From the NCBI GenBank assembly GCA_964545315.1, contig CAZJGI010000004.1, positions 11,204 through 75,203 of the forward strand: DNA of 64,000 nucleotides, read 5' to 3'. Positions 50,925 to 60,595 of the stretch are shown one piece after another. The notes below the pieces were generated by a model that was not told the origin of the DNA, did not search any database, and worked only from the letters and a program-made list of their open reading frames with translations. Position numbers and translations under genes: made by a program. Source of the stretch: an uncultured Prolixibacteraceae bacterium. Lineage in GTDB: Bacteria > Bacteroidota > Bacteroidia > Bacteroidales > Prolixibacteraceae. The stretch's first letter is position 1. Every line of letters starts with the position of its first letter.

Positions 50925-52217
50925 ATGATGAAACAATTTATTTTATTTACTATACTCTTCCGGATCGTAACAGCAAATGTTGCCAAAGGAGAGGAAGGTA
51001 ATTTTTATTATGAAAATGCTGTATATAATGAAGATATAAAAACAGTGCTTATGTTTCGTGACGGTTTTGGCCTGTCTAATCCTGTTCATGAACTTGGTGA
51101 AGAAACACCATTGGTTTTTATGTTTGATGATCTGTCAGGAGAGGTTAAGGATTATTATTATACAATAATTCATTGTGATGCAGACTGGAATGAGAGTTTT
51201 ATTCCTCAAAGTGATTACCTGGACGGTTTTGCCGAAAATCCACTTGATGATTATGCCCGTTCTTTCAATACTACATTTCAGTATATTAATTACAGGCTCA
51301 TGATACCTAATGAAAATGTTACTTTTAAACTTTCAGGCAATTATGTACTTGTAGTTTATGAGGGTGCGGGGAAGGAGAATATCATACTAAGTAAAAGGTT
51401 TTATGTGGTTGAACCATTGGTGTCGATTGAGGGGACGGTCAGAAGGGCAACACTCGATGCCTTTAAGGGAGAAAACCAGGAAATTGATTTTACCATTTTT
51501 CATGATAATCTGAATATTCAGTATCCTGCAGAGGAGGTTAAAGTAGTAATTATGCAAAACAGCAGATGGGATAATGCAATCCGTGGCCTGAAACCATTAT
51601 TTATTCGCGACAGGGCATTAATATATGATTATAACAGGGAGAATGTTTTTATCGCAGGAAATGAATTCAGATATTTTGATAACAGAACGAACAAAGTTAC
51701 AGGAGAGAATGTCCTTACAACTGAGTTTCATCGCCCTTACTTTCATAAGACTCTTGTGCCGGACCAGGTGAGGTCAAATAAGCCATACTTTCCCTATCGT
51801 GAGATGAACGGACAATATACTGTGGAAAGCCAGGACAGGGAGGTTGAAGATTACGATGTTGAATGTGATTATACATTTGTCCATTTCACATTGCCTCTTG
51901 AGTCTGTATTGCTTGGAGGGACAATTAATGTTTTTGGGGCTCTAAATAACTGGAATGCTAATAAGAGTAATGAGATGACCTGGAATTTTGATACAAGTGC
52001 ATATGAACTTACGATGTTACTGAAACAGGGATATTATAATTATATGTACGTTTATGTACCTCAGGGATCTAAGGTTGCAGACCATAAAAATATTGAGGGA
52101 AGTTATTGGGAAACGGAAAATGATTATCAGATATTTGTCTATTACCGAGAGATGGCCTCCCGGTATGACAGACTAATAGGCTATCGCCAGATGAATTCAA
52201 TTACCAACCGGCAATAA
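50925..52217 (+). CDS. DUF5103-like secreted protein (family recently linked to the T9SS translocon plug)
   Basis: 430 aa with a signal peptide. IKTVLMFRDG...LVFMFDDLSGEVKDYYYTIIHCDADWNES resembles the DUF5103 N-terminal signature as I remember it. Not verified by search. Confidence 0.5.
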   Translation: MMKQFILFTILFRIVTANVAKGEEGNFYYENAVYNEDIKTVLMFRDGFGLSNPVHELGEETPLVFMFDDLSGEVKDYYYTIIHCDADWNESFIPQSDYLDGFAENPLDDYARSFNTTFQYINYRLMIPNENVTFKLSGNYVLVVYEGAGKENIILSKRFYVVEPLVSIEGTVRRATLDAFKGENQEIDFTIFHDNLNIQYPAEEVKVVIMQNSRWDNAIRGLKPLFIRDRALIYDYNRENVFIAGNEFRYFDNRTNKVTGENVLTTEFHRPYFHKTLVPDQVRSNKPYFPYREMNGQYTVESQDREVEDYDVECDYTFVHFTLPLESVLLGGTINVFGALNNWNANKSNEMTWNFDTSAYELTMLLKQGYYNYMYVYVPQGSKVADHKNIEGSYWETENDYQIFVYYREMASRYDRLIGYRQMNSITNRQ

Positions 52218-52238
52218 CAGGATTGTACAGACCTTTTT

Positions 52239-53426
52239 TTATATTTCTTTTTCGGTTATTTTCCCCGAAGATTTCTCCTTAAGTATAGCTTTTTTCCGGC
52301 CGTCAGGAAGAACCTCTTCCTTGACAAGCCAGTGATATTCATCGTATTCAACAAAAGCTGTAAGAGTTTCTGTGTCAGTTTTTCCCCGCCATTCATTTAA
52401 TTCCACGGGTTCCCATTGTTTTGTCCGGGCAGATTTGTAACAGCTGTCAATAATTGCATTAACAACGTAACCATCATAAAAATCTTCTTCAGGTTTCAGG
52501 TTTTTTTCCAGTGCATTGAACATATCGGCAAACATATTATTATAGCCAAGTTCATGTACTTCATCACCCACAGGGAAGAGCCACCCTGTATCTGATTCGG
52601 CTTTTTCAGCCACATAACCTTTTTTCCCCGGGGCAGAGAATATTTCAAATCCGGTTCTTAGAAAATTGTCCATTCTGATTGAACCCTCAACTCCGGCCAC
52701 CTCATCCTTTAGTTCCATTCCGCCACGGAAGCACCAGCTTACTTCAAACTGGCCTATAGCGCCATTTTGAAAACGGACAAGTCCGATTGCATTATCTTCG
52801 GCAGAAATAGGTTTGACCTGTGTATCTGCCCAGCAAACCACCTCAACAGGGCGGATATCCTTACCTATAAAACTTCTTCCGATTTCAATACAATGGCAAC
52901 CCAGATCAACTATTGCACCTCCCCCCGACTGTTCAGGATCCCAGAACCAGTCACTATGTGGGCCGGGATGAGCTTCCCTGGAACGAACCCACAGCACTTT
53001 TCCAATAGCCCCGTTAACAACTGAAGCATGTGCTTTCATATGCTTGGGAGTATAAACCAGGTCCTCCAGATATCCGTGAAACACATTGGCTTCCTCAACT
53101 TTTCGTAAAATTTCCCACGCTTCAGGGGCATTACGTCCGAGAGGTTTAGTGCAGAGCACCGGCTTGCCTGCCTCAACGGCAGCAAACACAGCCTCCCTGT
53201 GTATATTGTTAGGTAAGCCCACCACTACAACATCTACGTGGGGATGACTCACTGCCTCCACTAAATCAGTAGTGTGGTAAGGAATGTTATTCTCTCCGGC
53301 AAACTGCCGGCCGCGTTCTTCAGAACGTGAATAAACCATCACAACTCTATCACGGCTGCGTAATCCGTGAATTGACTGAGTATAGAATGTGCCAATAAGT
53401 CCGGTGCCAAGCATCGCAATTCGCAT
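52239..53426 (-). CDS. Gfo/Idh/MocA-family NAD(P)-dependent oxidoreductase
   Basis: 395 aa. N-terminal Rossmann fold [15 protein letters not shown] and the EKPL-equivalent motif CTKPLGRN. Confidence 0.88.
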   Translation of the reverse strand: MRIAMLGTGLIGTFYTQSIHGLRSRDRVVMVYSRSEERGRQFAGENNIPYHTTDLVEAVSHPHVDVVVVGLPNNIHREAVFAAVEAGKPVLCTKPLGRNAPEAWEILRKVEEANVFHGYLEDLVYTPKHMKAHASVVNGAIGKVLWVRSREAHPGPHSDWFWDPEQSGGGAIVDLGCHCIEIGRSFIGKDIRPVEVVCWADTQVKPISAEDNAIGLVRFQNGAIGQFEVSWCFRGGMELKDEVAGVEGSIRMDNFLRTGFEIFSAPGKKGYVAEKAESDTGWLFPVGDEVHELGYNNMFADMFNALEKNLKPEEDFYDGYVVNAIIDSCYKSARTKQWEPVELNEWRGKTDTETLTAFVEYDEYHWLVKEEVLPDGRKKAILKEKSSGKITEKEI

Positions 53427-53712
53427 AATATTTGTTTTTAGTGATTAAATATCATATTAATAAATTTACATAATTTGCTTAAAAGCAGTAAGGTGCCCTT
53501 TTAAGCAGACTCTGTATTCTATAAATGTACAAAAAATTAAAGATTATGAAAACAATGGTGATGAGATACCAGTCTGCTTGATTGGAAATATTTGAAATAA
53601 TTCGCCTGGTTATGCGGGAGAATCTATTGTTAAAACCGGAAAATTCATTTAGTGGTAAAAAGTATTTTTAAGTGATATTTTTTAATTTCGCCTGTAAATA
53701 AAAATTAATAAA

Positions 53713-54711
53713 ATGTTGATAAGGATCTTTGTCGTCTGCCTTATTTTATCATCCCTTTTTGCATGTAAAAACCACTCTAAATACATTTATAATGAGGGAT
53801 CTGTTTACGGAACAATATACCATGTAGTATATGAAAGCCCTGACGGGAAAGACATTCATGAGGAGATTAAAGATAAATTTGATCAGCTAAACCGTATTTT
53901 TTCAACATTTGATCCATCATCGGTTATCTCGAAAATTAATAATAATCAGCCTGTTGAGTTATGTTCTGAATTTATATCATGTTTCAGGCGTTCGATGGAA
54001 GTATCAGAAATAACCGGAGGAGCTTTTGATATAACTGCCGGATCAATGGTCAACGCATGGGGATTCGGGCCGGAAGAGCGAAAGAAAATGACCCCTGAAA
54101 TTATTGATAGTTTAAAGGCAATAACAGGTTATAAAAAGATAAGGCTTTCAGAGGGGAAAATATATAAGGAGTCTCTATCTATAAAGCTGGATATGAGTGC
54201 TATAGCAAAGGGTTATACGTGTGATATCATCGGGGACATGCTGGAATCGGCAGGGTGCGTGAACTATATGGTTGAGATTGGCGGAGAGGTAGTTGCCAGG
54301 GGTATCAACGAAAAAGGCAGGGTCTGGACTATCGGGATAAGTAAACCTGATGATTCAGGTTTCTTTATTTCAAGCGGCCTGCAGGCAAAGATCCGGCTTA
54401 AGGAAAACGCAATTGCCACATCCGGTAATTACCGTAATTTCTATATTGAAGGAGGGAAAAAGTATGCCCACACCATTGATCCGGAAACCGGTTATCCGGT
54501 AGACCATAACCTGCTGAGTGCTACTGTTATGGCTTCAAGATGCATGGATGCTGATGCATTTGCAACTGCTTTTATGGTGATGGGTCTTGAAAAATCAATT
54601 CATATGAGCCGCCAGTTCCCGGATTTAGAAGTGTATCTTATCTATGCAGATGAAAATGGAGATAACAGTATTTATATGTCTGATGGTTTTAAAGGCCTCC
54701 TGACTGATTAA
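53713..54711 (+). CDS. apbE: FAD:protein FMN transferase (ApbE), lipoprotein
   Basis: 332 aa. Lipobox LFACKN. GAFDIT, SAIAKGY, VEIGGEV, ATSGNYRNF...YAHTIDPETGYP and ADAFATA motifs. Confidence 0.92.
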   Translation: MLIRIFVVCLILSSLFACKNHSKYIYNEGSVYGTIYHVVYESPDGKDIHEEIKDKFDQLNRIFSTFDPSSVISKINNNQPVELCSEFISCFRRSMEVSEITGGAFDITAGSMVNAWGFGPEERKKMTPEIIDSLKAITGYKKIRLSEGKIYKESLSIKLDMSAIAKGYTCDIIGDMLESAGCVNYMVEIGGEVVARGINEKGRVWTIGISKPDDSGFFISSGLQAKIRLKENAIATSGNYRNFYIEGGKKYAHTIDPETGYPVDHNLLSATVMASRCMDADAFATAFMVMGLEKSIHMSRQFPDLEVYLIYADENGDNSIYMSDGFKGLLTD

Positions 54712-54973
54712 TAACAGACTGATCTTTACCGGTTTTTTCAGGCTTCCCTGTGAATATGACATTTTTATAGTCAGGTTTTCTTTTATACTTTTCCTGTTCC
54801 AGCCTGTCCTGAGTACTTGCACAGTAGATGCCTTTCTTATTCAGATATCTGTTACCTCCCACATGAGTATTTGGAAATTTACCACCCTTTTTTAAAATGA
54901 TATTCAGGGCAAGCCCTGCGAAAGCCAGGGCAATTATGAAAATACTTATTATTATTAATATTAAAAAGTCCAT
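54689..54973 (-). CDS. Small single-pass membrane protein, unknown function
   Basis: 94 aa with an ATG start. N-terminal TM helix (MDFLILIIISIFIIALAFAGLALNIIL), then a basic soluble tail (KKGGKFPNTHVGGNRYLNKKGIYCASTQDRLEQEKYKRK). Convergent with apbE and overlaps its 3' end by 23 nt. Confidence 0.5.
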   Translation of the reverse strand: MDFLILIIISIFIIALAFAGLALNIILKKGGKFPNTHVGGNRYLNKKGIYCASTQDRLEQEKYKRKPDYKNVIFTGKPEKTGKDQSVINQSGGL

Positions 54974-55125
54974 TAGTATCTGTTTATAGTATTCAAATAT
55001 ACATCTTAATTGAATTCCTCCTTTCTGTTAATAACCCTGCAAAAATGAATTTGTTTTAAAAAAGAGTTCGTTTAAGCATTTTAATACTCATTTTTGTAAC
55101 TTTATTGCTGAAAAAAACCATAGTC

Positions 55126-55485
55126 ATGGAAAAGCATATTAATGTTGCAGCATCACTGCAGATAGGCCTTAGCATTTTGAGTTTAATAATAGGTATTTTT
55201 ATCTCTGTTGTATTGTATCTGACAGGCAGCCTGGTCGATGACAATCAGGCACACGTGATCTTAACTATCATTGCCAACGTAATTGTTGCGATAATAGTAG
55301 TTTGCAGTCTGCCGGGTATTATTGCAGGGATAGGGCTGTTTAGGAGAAAAGAGTGGGCCAGGATATTAACTCTGATTATCTCTGTCCTGCACATTGTAAA
55401 TTTTCCTTTAGGGACGGCAGTAGGAGTTTACTGTATATGGGCAATGATACAGCCGGAAGTGATAGCGGAATTTAAAGTTCAGTAA
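55126..55485 (+). CDS. Small polytopic membrane protein, unknown function
   Basis: ATG at 55126 (the track start at 55105 is TTG). About 119 aa with three to four TM helices. Its stop overlaps the acylphosphatase start (TAATG). Confidence 0.55.
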   Translation: MEKHINVAASLQIGLSILSLIIGIFISVVLYLTGSLVDDNQAHVILTIIANVIVAIIVVCSLPGIIAGIGLFRRKEWARILTLIISVLHIVNFPLGTAVGVYCIWAMIQPEVIAEFKVQ

Positions 55486-55757
55486 TGCTTCAGTACGAGA
55501 TTAAGATTACAGGAAGGGTTCAGGGAGTAGGATACAGGTATTTTGTGCAAAGAATTGCAGCCGGGCTTAACATAGATGGCTGGGTGAGGAATACATATGA
55601 TGGTGGCGTTTTGGTAATGGCAAAAGGAGAGAAAGCTGACATTGAGACTTTTTTGGACCATCTTCGCCTGGGACCTCCCCTGGCGAGGATTACTAATATA
55701 ATAAAACAAGATATCGTTGTTGATGAGTCTCTTAAAGGATTCAGAATTAAGTATTAA
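55485..55757 (+). CDS. acyP: Acylphosphatase
   Basis: 90 aa, with the hallmark ITGRVQGVGYRYFVQ...GWVRN. Confidence 0.9.
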   Translation: MLQYEIKITGRVQGVGYRYFVQRIAAGLNIDGWVRNTYDGGVLVMAKGEKADIETFLDHLRLGPPLARITNIIKQDIVVDESLKGFRIKY

Positions 55758-55768
55758 AATATTTTTAC

Positions 55769-57193
55769 ATGAAGAACTATCATTTATCCCCTTCACGTTT
55801 CAGAACGGAAGGGAAGAAAATTATTGACTGGATTGCCGATTATTATGAAGGGATAGAAAAATATCCTGTTCTTTCGCAAGTTGACCCCGGAGATATCATA
55901 TCCGTATTACCTGAGAAACCTCCGTTAAAAGGAGAATCATTTGACGATATTATCAGGGATCTTGACCAAAAGATCATGCCGGGTATAACCCATTGGCAGT
56001 CACCCAGCTTTTTTGCATACTTCCCGTCAAATACCTCATTCCCTTCTATCCTGGGTGACCTTGTGAGTTCCGGGCTGGGCGTACAGGGGATGATATGGGC
56101 TACAAGCCCGGCGGCTACAGAATTGGAAACAAGGGTTACAGACTGGCTGGCGGATATGATGGAGATGCCTGAAAAGTTTAAATCGATATCAACGGGAGGT
56201 GGGGTAATTCAGGATACAGCTTCCACTGCTGCACTGACGGCTTTAATCGCAGCGCGTGAAAGGGCAACTGGTTATGAATCTAATAAAAAAGGTGTCAGAC
56301 AGAACCTTGTCGCATATGTTTCGGGGCAGACTCACTCCTCACTCGAGAAGGCTGTTAAGATGGCCGGAGTAGGTGTGGATAACTTAAGGATCATTGACGT
56401 CGATAAATTTTATGCAATGAGGCCTGATTTGCTGCAGCAACAAATAGATAAAGATAAAAAAGAGGGCTATCTTCCCTTTTTCGTATGTGCAACAATTGGA
56501 ACTACATCTTCAAATGCCATGGATCCTGTACGCAGGATAGGGGAGATATGCAGAAATGAGAATTGCTGGCTGCATGTAGATGCAGCAATGGCCGGAAGCG
56601 CTATGGTTTGTCCTGAATTCAGGTATCTGAAGGACGGGGTTGAACTGGCCGACAGCTATTCATTCAATCCTCATAAATGGATGTTTACAAATTTTGATTG
56701 TGATGTCTTCTGGGTAGGTAACCGGGCAGAGCTGATAAATACATTTTCAATCTTACCTGAATATCTCAAAAATAAAGCGACTGAATCAGGTGCAGTCTTT
56801 GATTATCGCGACTGGCATATTCAACTGGGACGGAGGTTCCGGTCACTTAAGCTGTGGTTTGTTATACGTCATTACGGAGTTGAAGGCCTTCAGTTTCATA
56901 TTAGAAAACATGTCCAACTGGCAAAGATGTTTGCATTATGGGTGAAACAGTCAGATGACTTTGAACTGATAGTCGAACCACCTCTGAACCTGGTGTGTTT
57001 CAGGCATAAGAACGGAGATGAATTTAATATGAAGTTAATGAATGAGGTAAATAAAACCGGCCGTGCTTATTTTACCCATACCCGTCTGGATGATAAGGTA
57101 GTCCTGAGAATGTGTATTGCCCAAACCCATACAGAAGAGGAACATTTACGGAATGCATGGAAGTTGATTTGTGAGACTGCCGGGAAAATTTGA
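55769..57193 (+). CDS. Group II pyridoxal-phosphate-dependent decarboxylase (aromatic-L-amino-acid/tyrosine decarboxylase-like)
   Basis: 474 aa. HWQSPSFFAYFPS, and the PLP-lysine context SFNPHKWMFTNFDCDVFWV. Confidence 0.88.
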   Translation: MKNYHLSPSRFRTEGKKIIDWIADYYEGIEKYPVLSQVDPGDIISVLPEKPPLKGESFDDIIRDLDQKIMPGITHWQSPSFFAYFPSNTSFPSILGDLVSSGLGVQGMIWATSPAATELETRVTDWLADMMEMPEKFKSISTGGGVIQDTASTAALTALIAARERATGYESNKKGVRQNLVAYVSGQTHSSLEKAVKMAGVGVDNLRIIDVDKFYAMRPDLLQQQIDKDKKEGYLPFFVCATIGTTSSNAMDPVRRIGEICRNENCWLHVDAAMAGSAMVCPEFRYLKDGVELADSYSFNPHKWMFTNFDCDVFWVGNRAELINTFSILPEYLKNKATESGAVFDYRDWHIQLGRRFRSLKLWFVIRHYGVEGLQFHIRKHVQLAKMFALWVKQSDDFELIVEPPLNLVCFRHKNGDEFNMKLMNEVNKTGRAYFTHTRLDDKVVLRMCIAQTHTEEEHLRNAWKLICETAGKI

Positions 57194-57412
57194 TCAGGGC
57201 CTGGTCTTGTTTTGCATTACAAATCCGAACCATCGGGTTTGCAAGGCGGAATAACATTATTTTATTCCGGAATAATAAAAAAACTGTCTTAAAAGCGCTT
57301 CCGGTAAGGTTTCAAACAAGTGATCCTTCAAGATCATCCTGGATATTCCAATCAGAAGGAAGTACTTTTAAAACAGTTTCTTAATCAAGATATTAAATAA
57401 TTACTAATTCAA

Positions 57413-60121
57413 TCAGCCTTTTTTTACATTTGCCAGTGCAGCAGCTACACGTGCAATTGGCACGCGATATGGTGAGCAGCTTACATAATCCATATTTACG
57501 CTGTCGCAGAACATTACAGAAGAAGGTTCTCCTCCGTGTTCACCACATATACCGATTTTGAGGCCTGGTTTCACGCTACGTCCTTTTTCCACACCCATCC
57601 TGACTAATTGTCCTACACCTTCCTGATCGAGTATCTGGAACGGATCATTTTTCAGGATTCCTTTTTCCATGTATACAGGCAGGAATTTGCCGGCATCATC
57701 CCTTGAATATCCGAAGGTCATCTGTGTAAGGTCATTTGTTCCGAATGAGAAAAAGTCGGCTACCTCAGCTACATCGTCAGCTGTTATAGCTGCACGCGGA
57801 ACTTCGATCATAGTACCTACCAGGTAATCAATTTCAGTTCCTTTTTCCTCAAATACTTTTTTCGCTGTTTCATTGATTATGTCAGCCTGTAACTTGAGCT
57901 CTTTAACAGTTCCGATAAGCGGGACCATAATTTCCGGACGGGCATCAACGCCATTTTGTTTCAGTTCAACAGCAGCTTCGATGATAGCCCTTGCCTGCAT
58001 TTCTGTGATTTCAGGATATGTATTTCCGAGACGGCAGCCTCTGTGGCCTAACATTGGATTGAATTCGTGGAGGTCATCAACCAGTGATTTAACCTCTTCC
58101 GGGGTAATACCCATTTCCTCAGCCATTTCTTTTTGGTTTTCGGGTTCATGAGGAACAAATTCGTGCAGAGGCGGGTCAAGTAATCTTATAGTTACTCCAT
58201 AGCCGGCCATTGCTTCGAGAATACCTTTGAAGTCTTCACGCTGATAAGGCAATAATTTATCCAAAGCTTTACGTCTTTCTGTTTCGTTTTTCGCAAGTAT
58301 CATTTCACGCATAGCTTTTATCCTGCTACCTTCGAAGAACATATGTTCTGTGCGGCAGAGGCCTATACCTTTAGCACCAAAATTTCTTGCAACTATTGCA
58401 TCATTAGGGGTATCTGCATTAGTACGAACACTCATCCTGGTAAATTTGTCGGCAAGGTCCATGATCTTTCCAAAGTCACCACTTAAATCGGGATTTTTGG
58501 TTGTGATTTTACCATCATACACTTTTCCGGTTGAGCCATCAAGCGATATCCAGTCACCCTCTTGAAATTCCGCCCCGTCGATAGTCATTACACGGGTTTT
58601 ATAGTTTATTTTCACTGCTCCGGCTCCTGAAACGCAGCATTTTCCCATGCCACGTGCAACAACAGCAGCATGCGATGTCATACCTCCACGGGCTGTCAGG
58701 ATTCCTTTTGCTATATGCATTCCTTCAAGGTCTTCAGGTGATGTTTCAACACGTACAAGGATAGAAGCATCATATTTATTTGCTTCATCGGCAAAGAAAA
58801 CTACCTGTCCTGTCGCCGCACCCGGAGATGCCGGTAATCCTTTTGCAATCTCTTTTGCAGCTTTAAGGGCTGCGGGAACAAAAACAGGGTGAAGTAATTC
58901 ATCCAGTTTGTTGGGATCAATTCTCGAAAGAGCTGTTTTTTCATCTATTTTGCCATCTTCAAGCATATCCACGGCAATTTTTACCATTGCTGCGCCTGTG
59001 CGTTTTCCGTTACGGGTTTGCAGAAGCCATAGTTTTCCTTCCTGAATGGTAAATTCGAGGTCCTGCATGTCTCTGTAATGGTCTTCAAGCTTTTGCTGGG
59101 TAGTATCCAGTTGCTTATATATCTCAGGCATAGCTTCTTCAAGAGATGGATATTTTGATGCTCTCTCTTCTTCACTTATCCCCTGGAGAACTGCCCATCT
59201 TTTTGAACCTTCAAGGGTGATTGACTGAGGTGTACGTATACCGGCAACTACATCTTCTCCCTGTGCATTGATAAGATATTCACCGTTAAAAATATCCTCT
59301 CCTGTCGCTGCGTCACGGGTGAATGCAACCCCTGTTGCTGAACTTTCGCCCATATTTCCAAATACCATAGCCTGTACGTTCACTGCTGTGCCCCATTCAT
59401 CAGGAATTTGTTCAAGACGGCGGTATACTTTAGCACGTGGATTATTCCAACTGTTAAATACTGCAGCGACCGATCCCCAGAGCTGTTCCCACGGATCTGT
59501 TGGAAAGTCTTTCCCTGTCACTTTTTTAACAGCAGATTTAAACCTTTTAACCAACTCCTGAAGGTCTTCAGTTGTGAATTCAGTATCGAGTTCAATTCCT
59601 TTTTCTTCTTTTAACTGATCAATTATTTCTTCAAACGGATCATGTTCTTCCTTGCTTGCAGGTTTCATATCCATTACCACATCTCCATACATCTGAACAA
59701 ACCTGCGGTATGAATCCCAGGCAAAACGCGAATTACCGGATTTTTTTGAGATTGTATCAACAGCAACATCGTTCATTCCAAGGTTCAGAACTGTATCCAT
59801 CATACCAGGCATAGAGGCCCTGGCACCTGACCGTACAGATAGAAGGCACGGATTGTCTTTATCACCGAATTTTGTACCGGTTAATTTTTCTACCAGGTTA
59901 ACAGCAGCTTCAACTTCAGGTTTAATAATATCGAAAGTCTTTTCCTGCCCTTGTTCGTTGTACATTGTACATACTTCTGTTGTAATAGTAAAACCGGGTG
60001 GTACAGGAACACCTATAAGATTCATCTCAGCAAGGTTGGCCCCTTTCCCTCCCAACAGGTTTTTCATATTAGCTTTCCCTTCAGCCTTACCACCACCGAA
60101 GGTATAAACATATTTTGCCAT
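57413..60121 (-). CDS. ppdK: Pyruvate, phosphate dikinase
   Basis: 902 aa. MAKYVYTFGGG...GGKGANLAEM, phospho-His context GGMTSHAAVVARGMG, and a PEP-utilizer C-domain with FFSFGTNDLTQ. Confidence 0.97.
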   Translation of the reverse strand: MAKYVYTFGGGKAEGKANMKNLLGGKGANLAEMNLIGVPVPPGFTITTEVCTMYNEQGQEKTFDIIKPEVEAAVNLVEKLTGTKFGDKDNPCLLSVRSGARASMPGMMDTVLNLGMNDVAVDTISKKSGNSRFAWDSYRRFVQMYGDVVMDMKPASKEEHDPFEEIIDQLKEEKGIELDTEFTTEDLQELVKRFKSAVKKVTGKDFPTDPWEQLWGSVAAVFNSWNNPRAKVYRRLEQIPDEWGTAVNVQAMVFGNMGESSATGVAFTRDAATGEDIFNGEYLINAQGEDVVAGIRTPQSITLEGSKRWAVLQGISEEERASKYPSLEEAMPEIYKQLDTTQQKLEDHYRDMQDLEFTIQEGKLWLLQTRNGKRTGAAMVKIAVDMLEDGKIDEKTALSRIDPNKLDELLHPVFVPAALKAAKEIAKGLPASPGAATGQVVFFADEANKYDASILVRVETSPEDLEGMHIAKGILTARGGMTSHAAVVARGMGKCCVSGAGAVKINYKTRVMTIDGAEFQEGDWISLDGSTGKVYDGKITTKNPDLSGDFGKIMDLADKFTRMSVRTNADTPNDAIVARNFGAKGIGLCRTEHMFFEGSRIKAMREMILAKNETERRKALDKLLPYQREDFKGILEAMAGYGVTIRLLDPPLHEFVPHEPENQKEMAEEMGITPEEVKSLVDDLHEFNPMLGHRGCRLGNTYPEITEMQARAIIEAAVELKQNGVDARPEIMVPLIGTVKELKLQADIINETAKKVFEEKGTEIDYLVGTMIEVPRAAITADDVAEVADFFSFGTNDLTQMTFGYSRDDAGKFLPVYMEKGILKNDPFQILDQEGVGQLVRMGVEKGRSVKPGLKIGICGEHGGEPSSVMFCDSVNMDYVSCSPYRVPIARVAAALANVKKG

Positions 60122-60179
60122 AATTATTCTTTTAAGTTATTAATAGTGTAAAATAATTTTCTTTATAACTGTTTATTTT

Positions 60180-60187
60180 CAAAGGTA
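60180..60187 (-). promoter_or_regulatory. Candidate -7 promoter box (TACCTTTG) for ppdK
   Basis: The minus strand reads TACCTTTG, 59 nt upstream of the ATG at 60121. A second match (TACTTTTG) lies at 60257..60264. Confidence 0.25.
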
Positions 60188-60595
60188 TTATAAGGTTACG
60201 TGCCTGTTTTTAAAATGATAAAAATAATCTTTGAACCTTCTAATAATTCAGGGGTGCAAAAGTAATCTTATTTTTTGATAATTGAAACTTTTTTGACCTG
60301 TTACTGATACTAACATCAACGTTAACATTTTTGTTTTAATTATCTTAACATTGAATCGCTTGAGATGAAGTCTGAAATTACCTTAAATGATGTTAAATTA
60401 TTTTTCAATAAAAATTTTGCTTCTGAAAGCGGGTTTAAATTAAACCGTTAATTGTTGCCGGCTGTCAAAAAATCACCCGGCTGCACCGTAACCGCAATTT
60501 TTTCATATAAAAAACAAGCTGAAAAGGACATAATGTCCATTTATAAAAAATGGATTGCTGTTTGATAATGTAATCATAATAAAAATGAATAGGTT

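Noticed and set aside
53477-53506. 9-bp stem hairpin (GCTTAAAAG / CTTTTAAGC) and a nearby 10-codon ORF (MKTMVMRYQSA) in the oxidoreductase/apbE divergent spacer
   Set aside because: The stem is almost entirely A-T pairs. The mini-ORF has no supporting context and is indistinguishable from chance.
57248-57275. GGAATAA-cattatt-TTATTCC-GGAATAA hairpin/palindrome between the convergent decarboxylase gene and ppdK, considered as a terminator
   Set aside because: The stems are short and AT-rich. The flanking A-run and T-run are on the wrong sides for a canonical intrinsic terminator on either strand, so it is too ambiguous to call.
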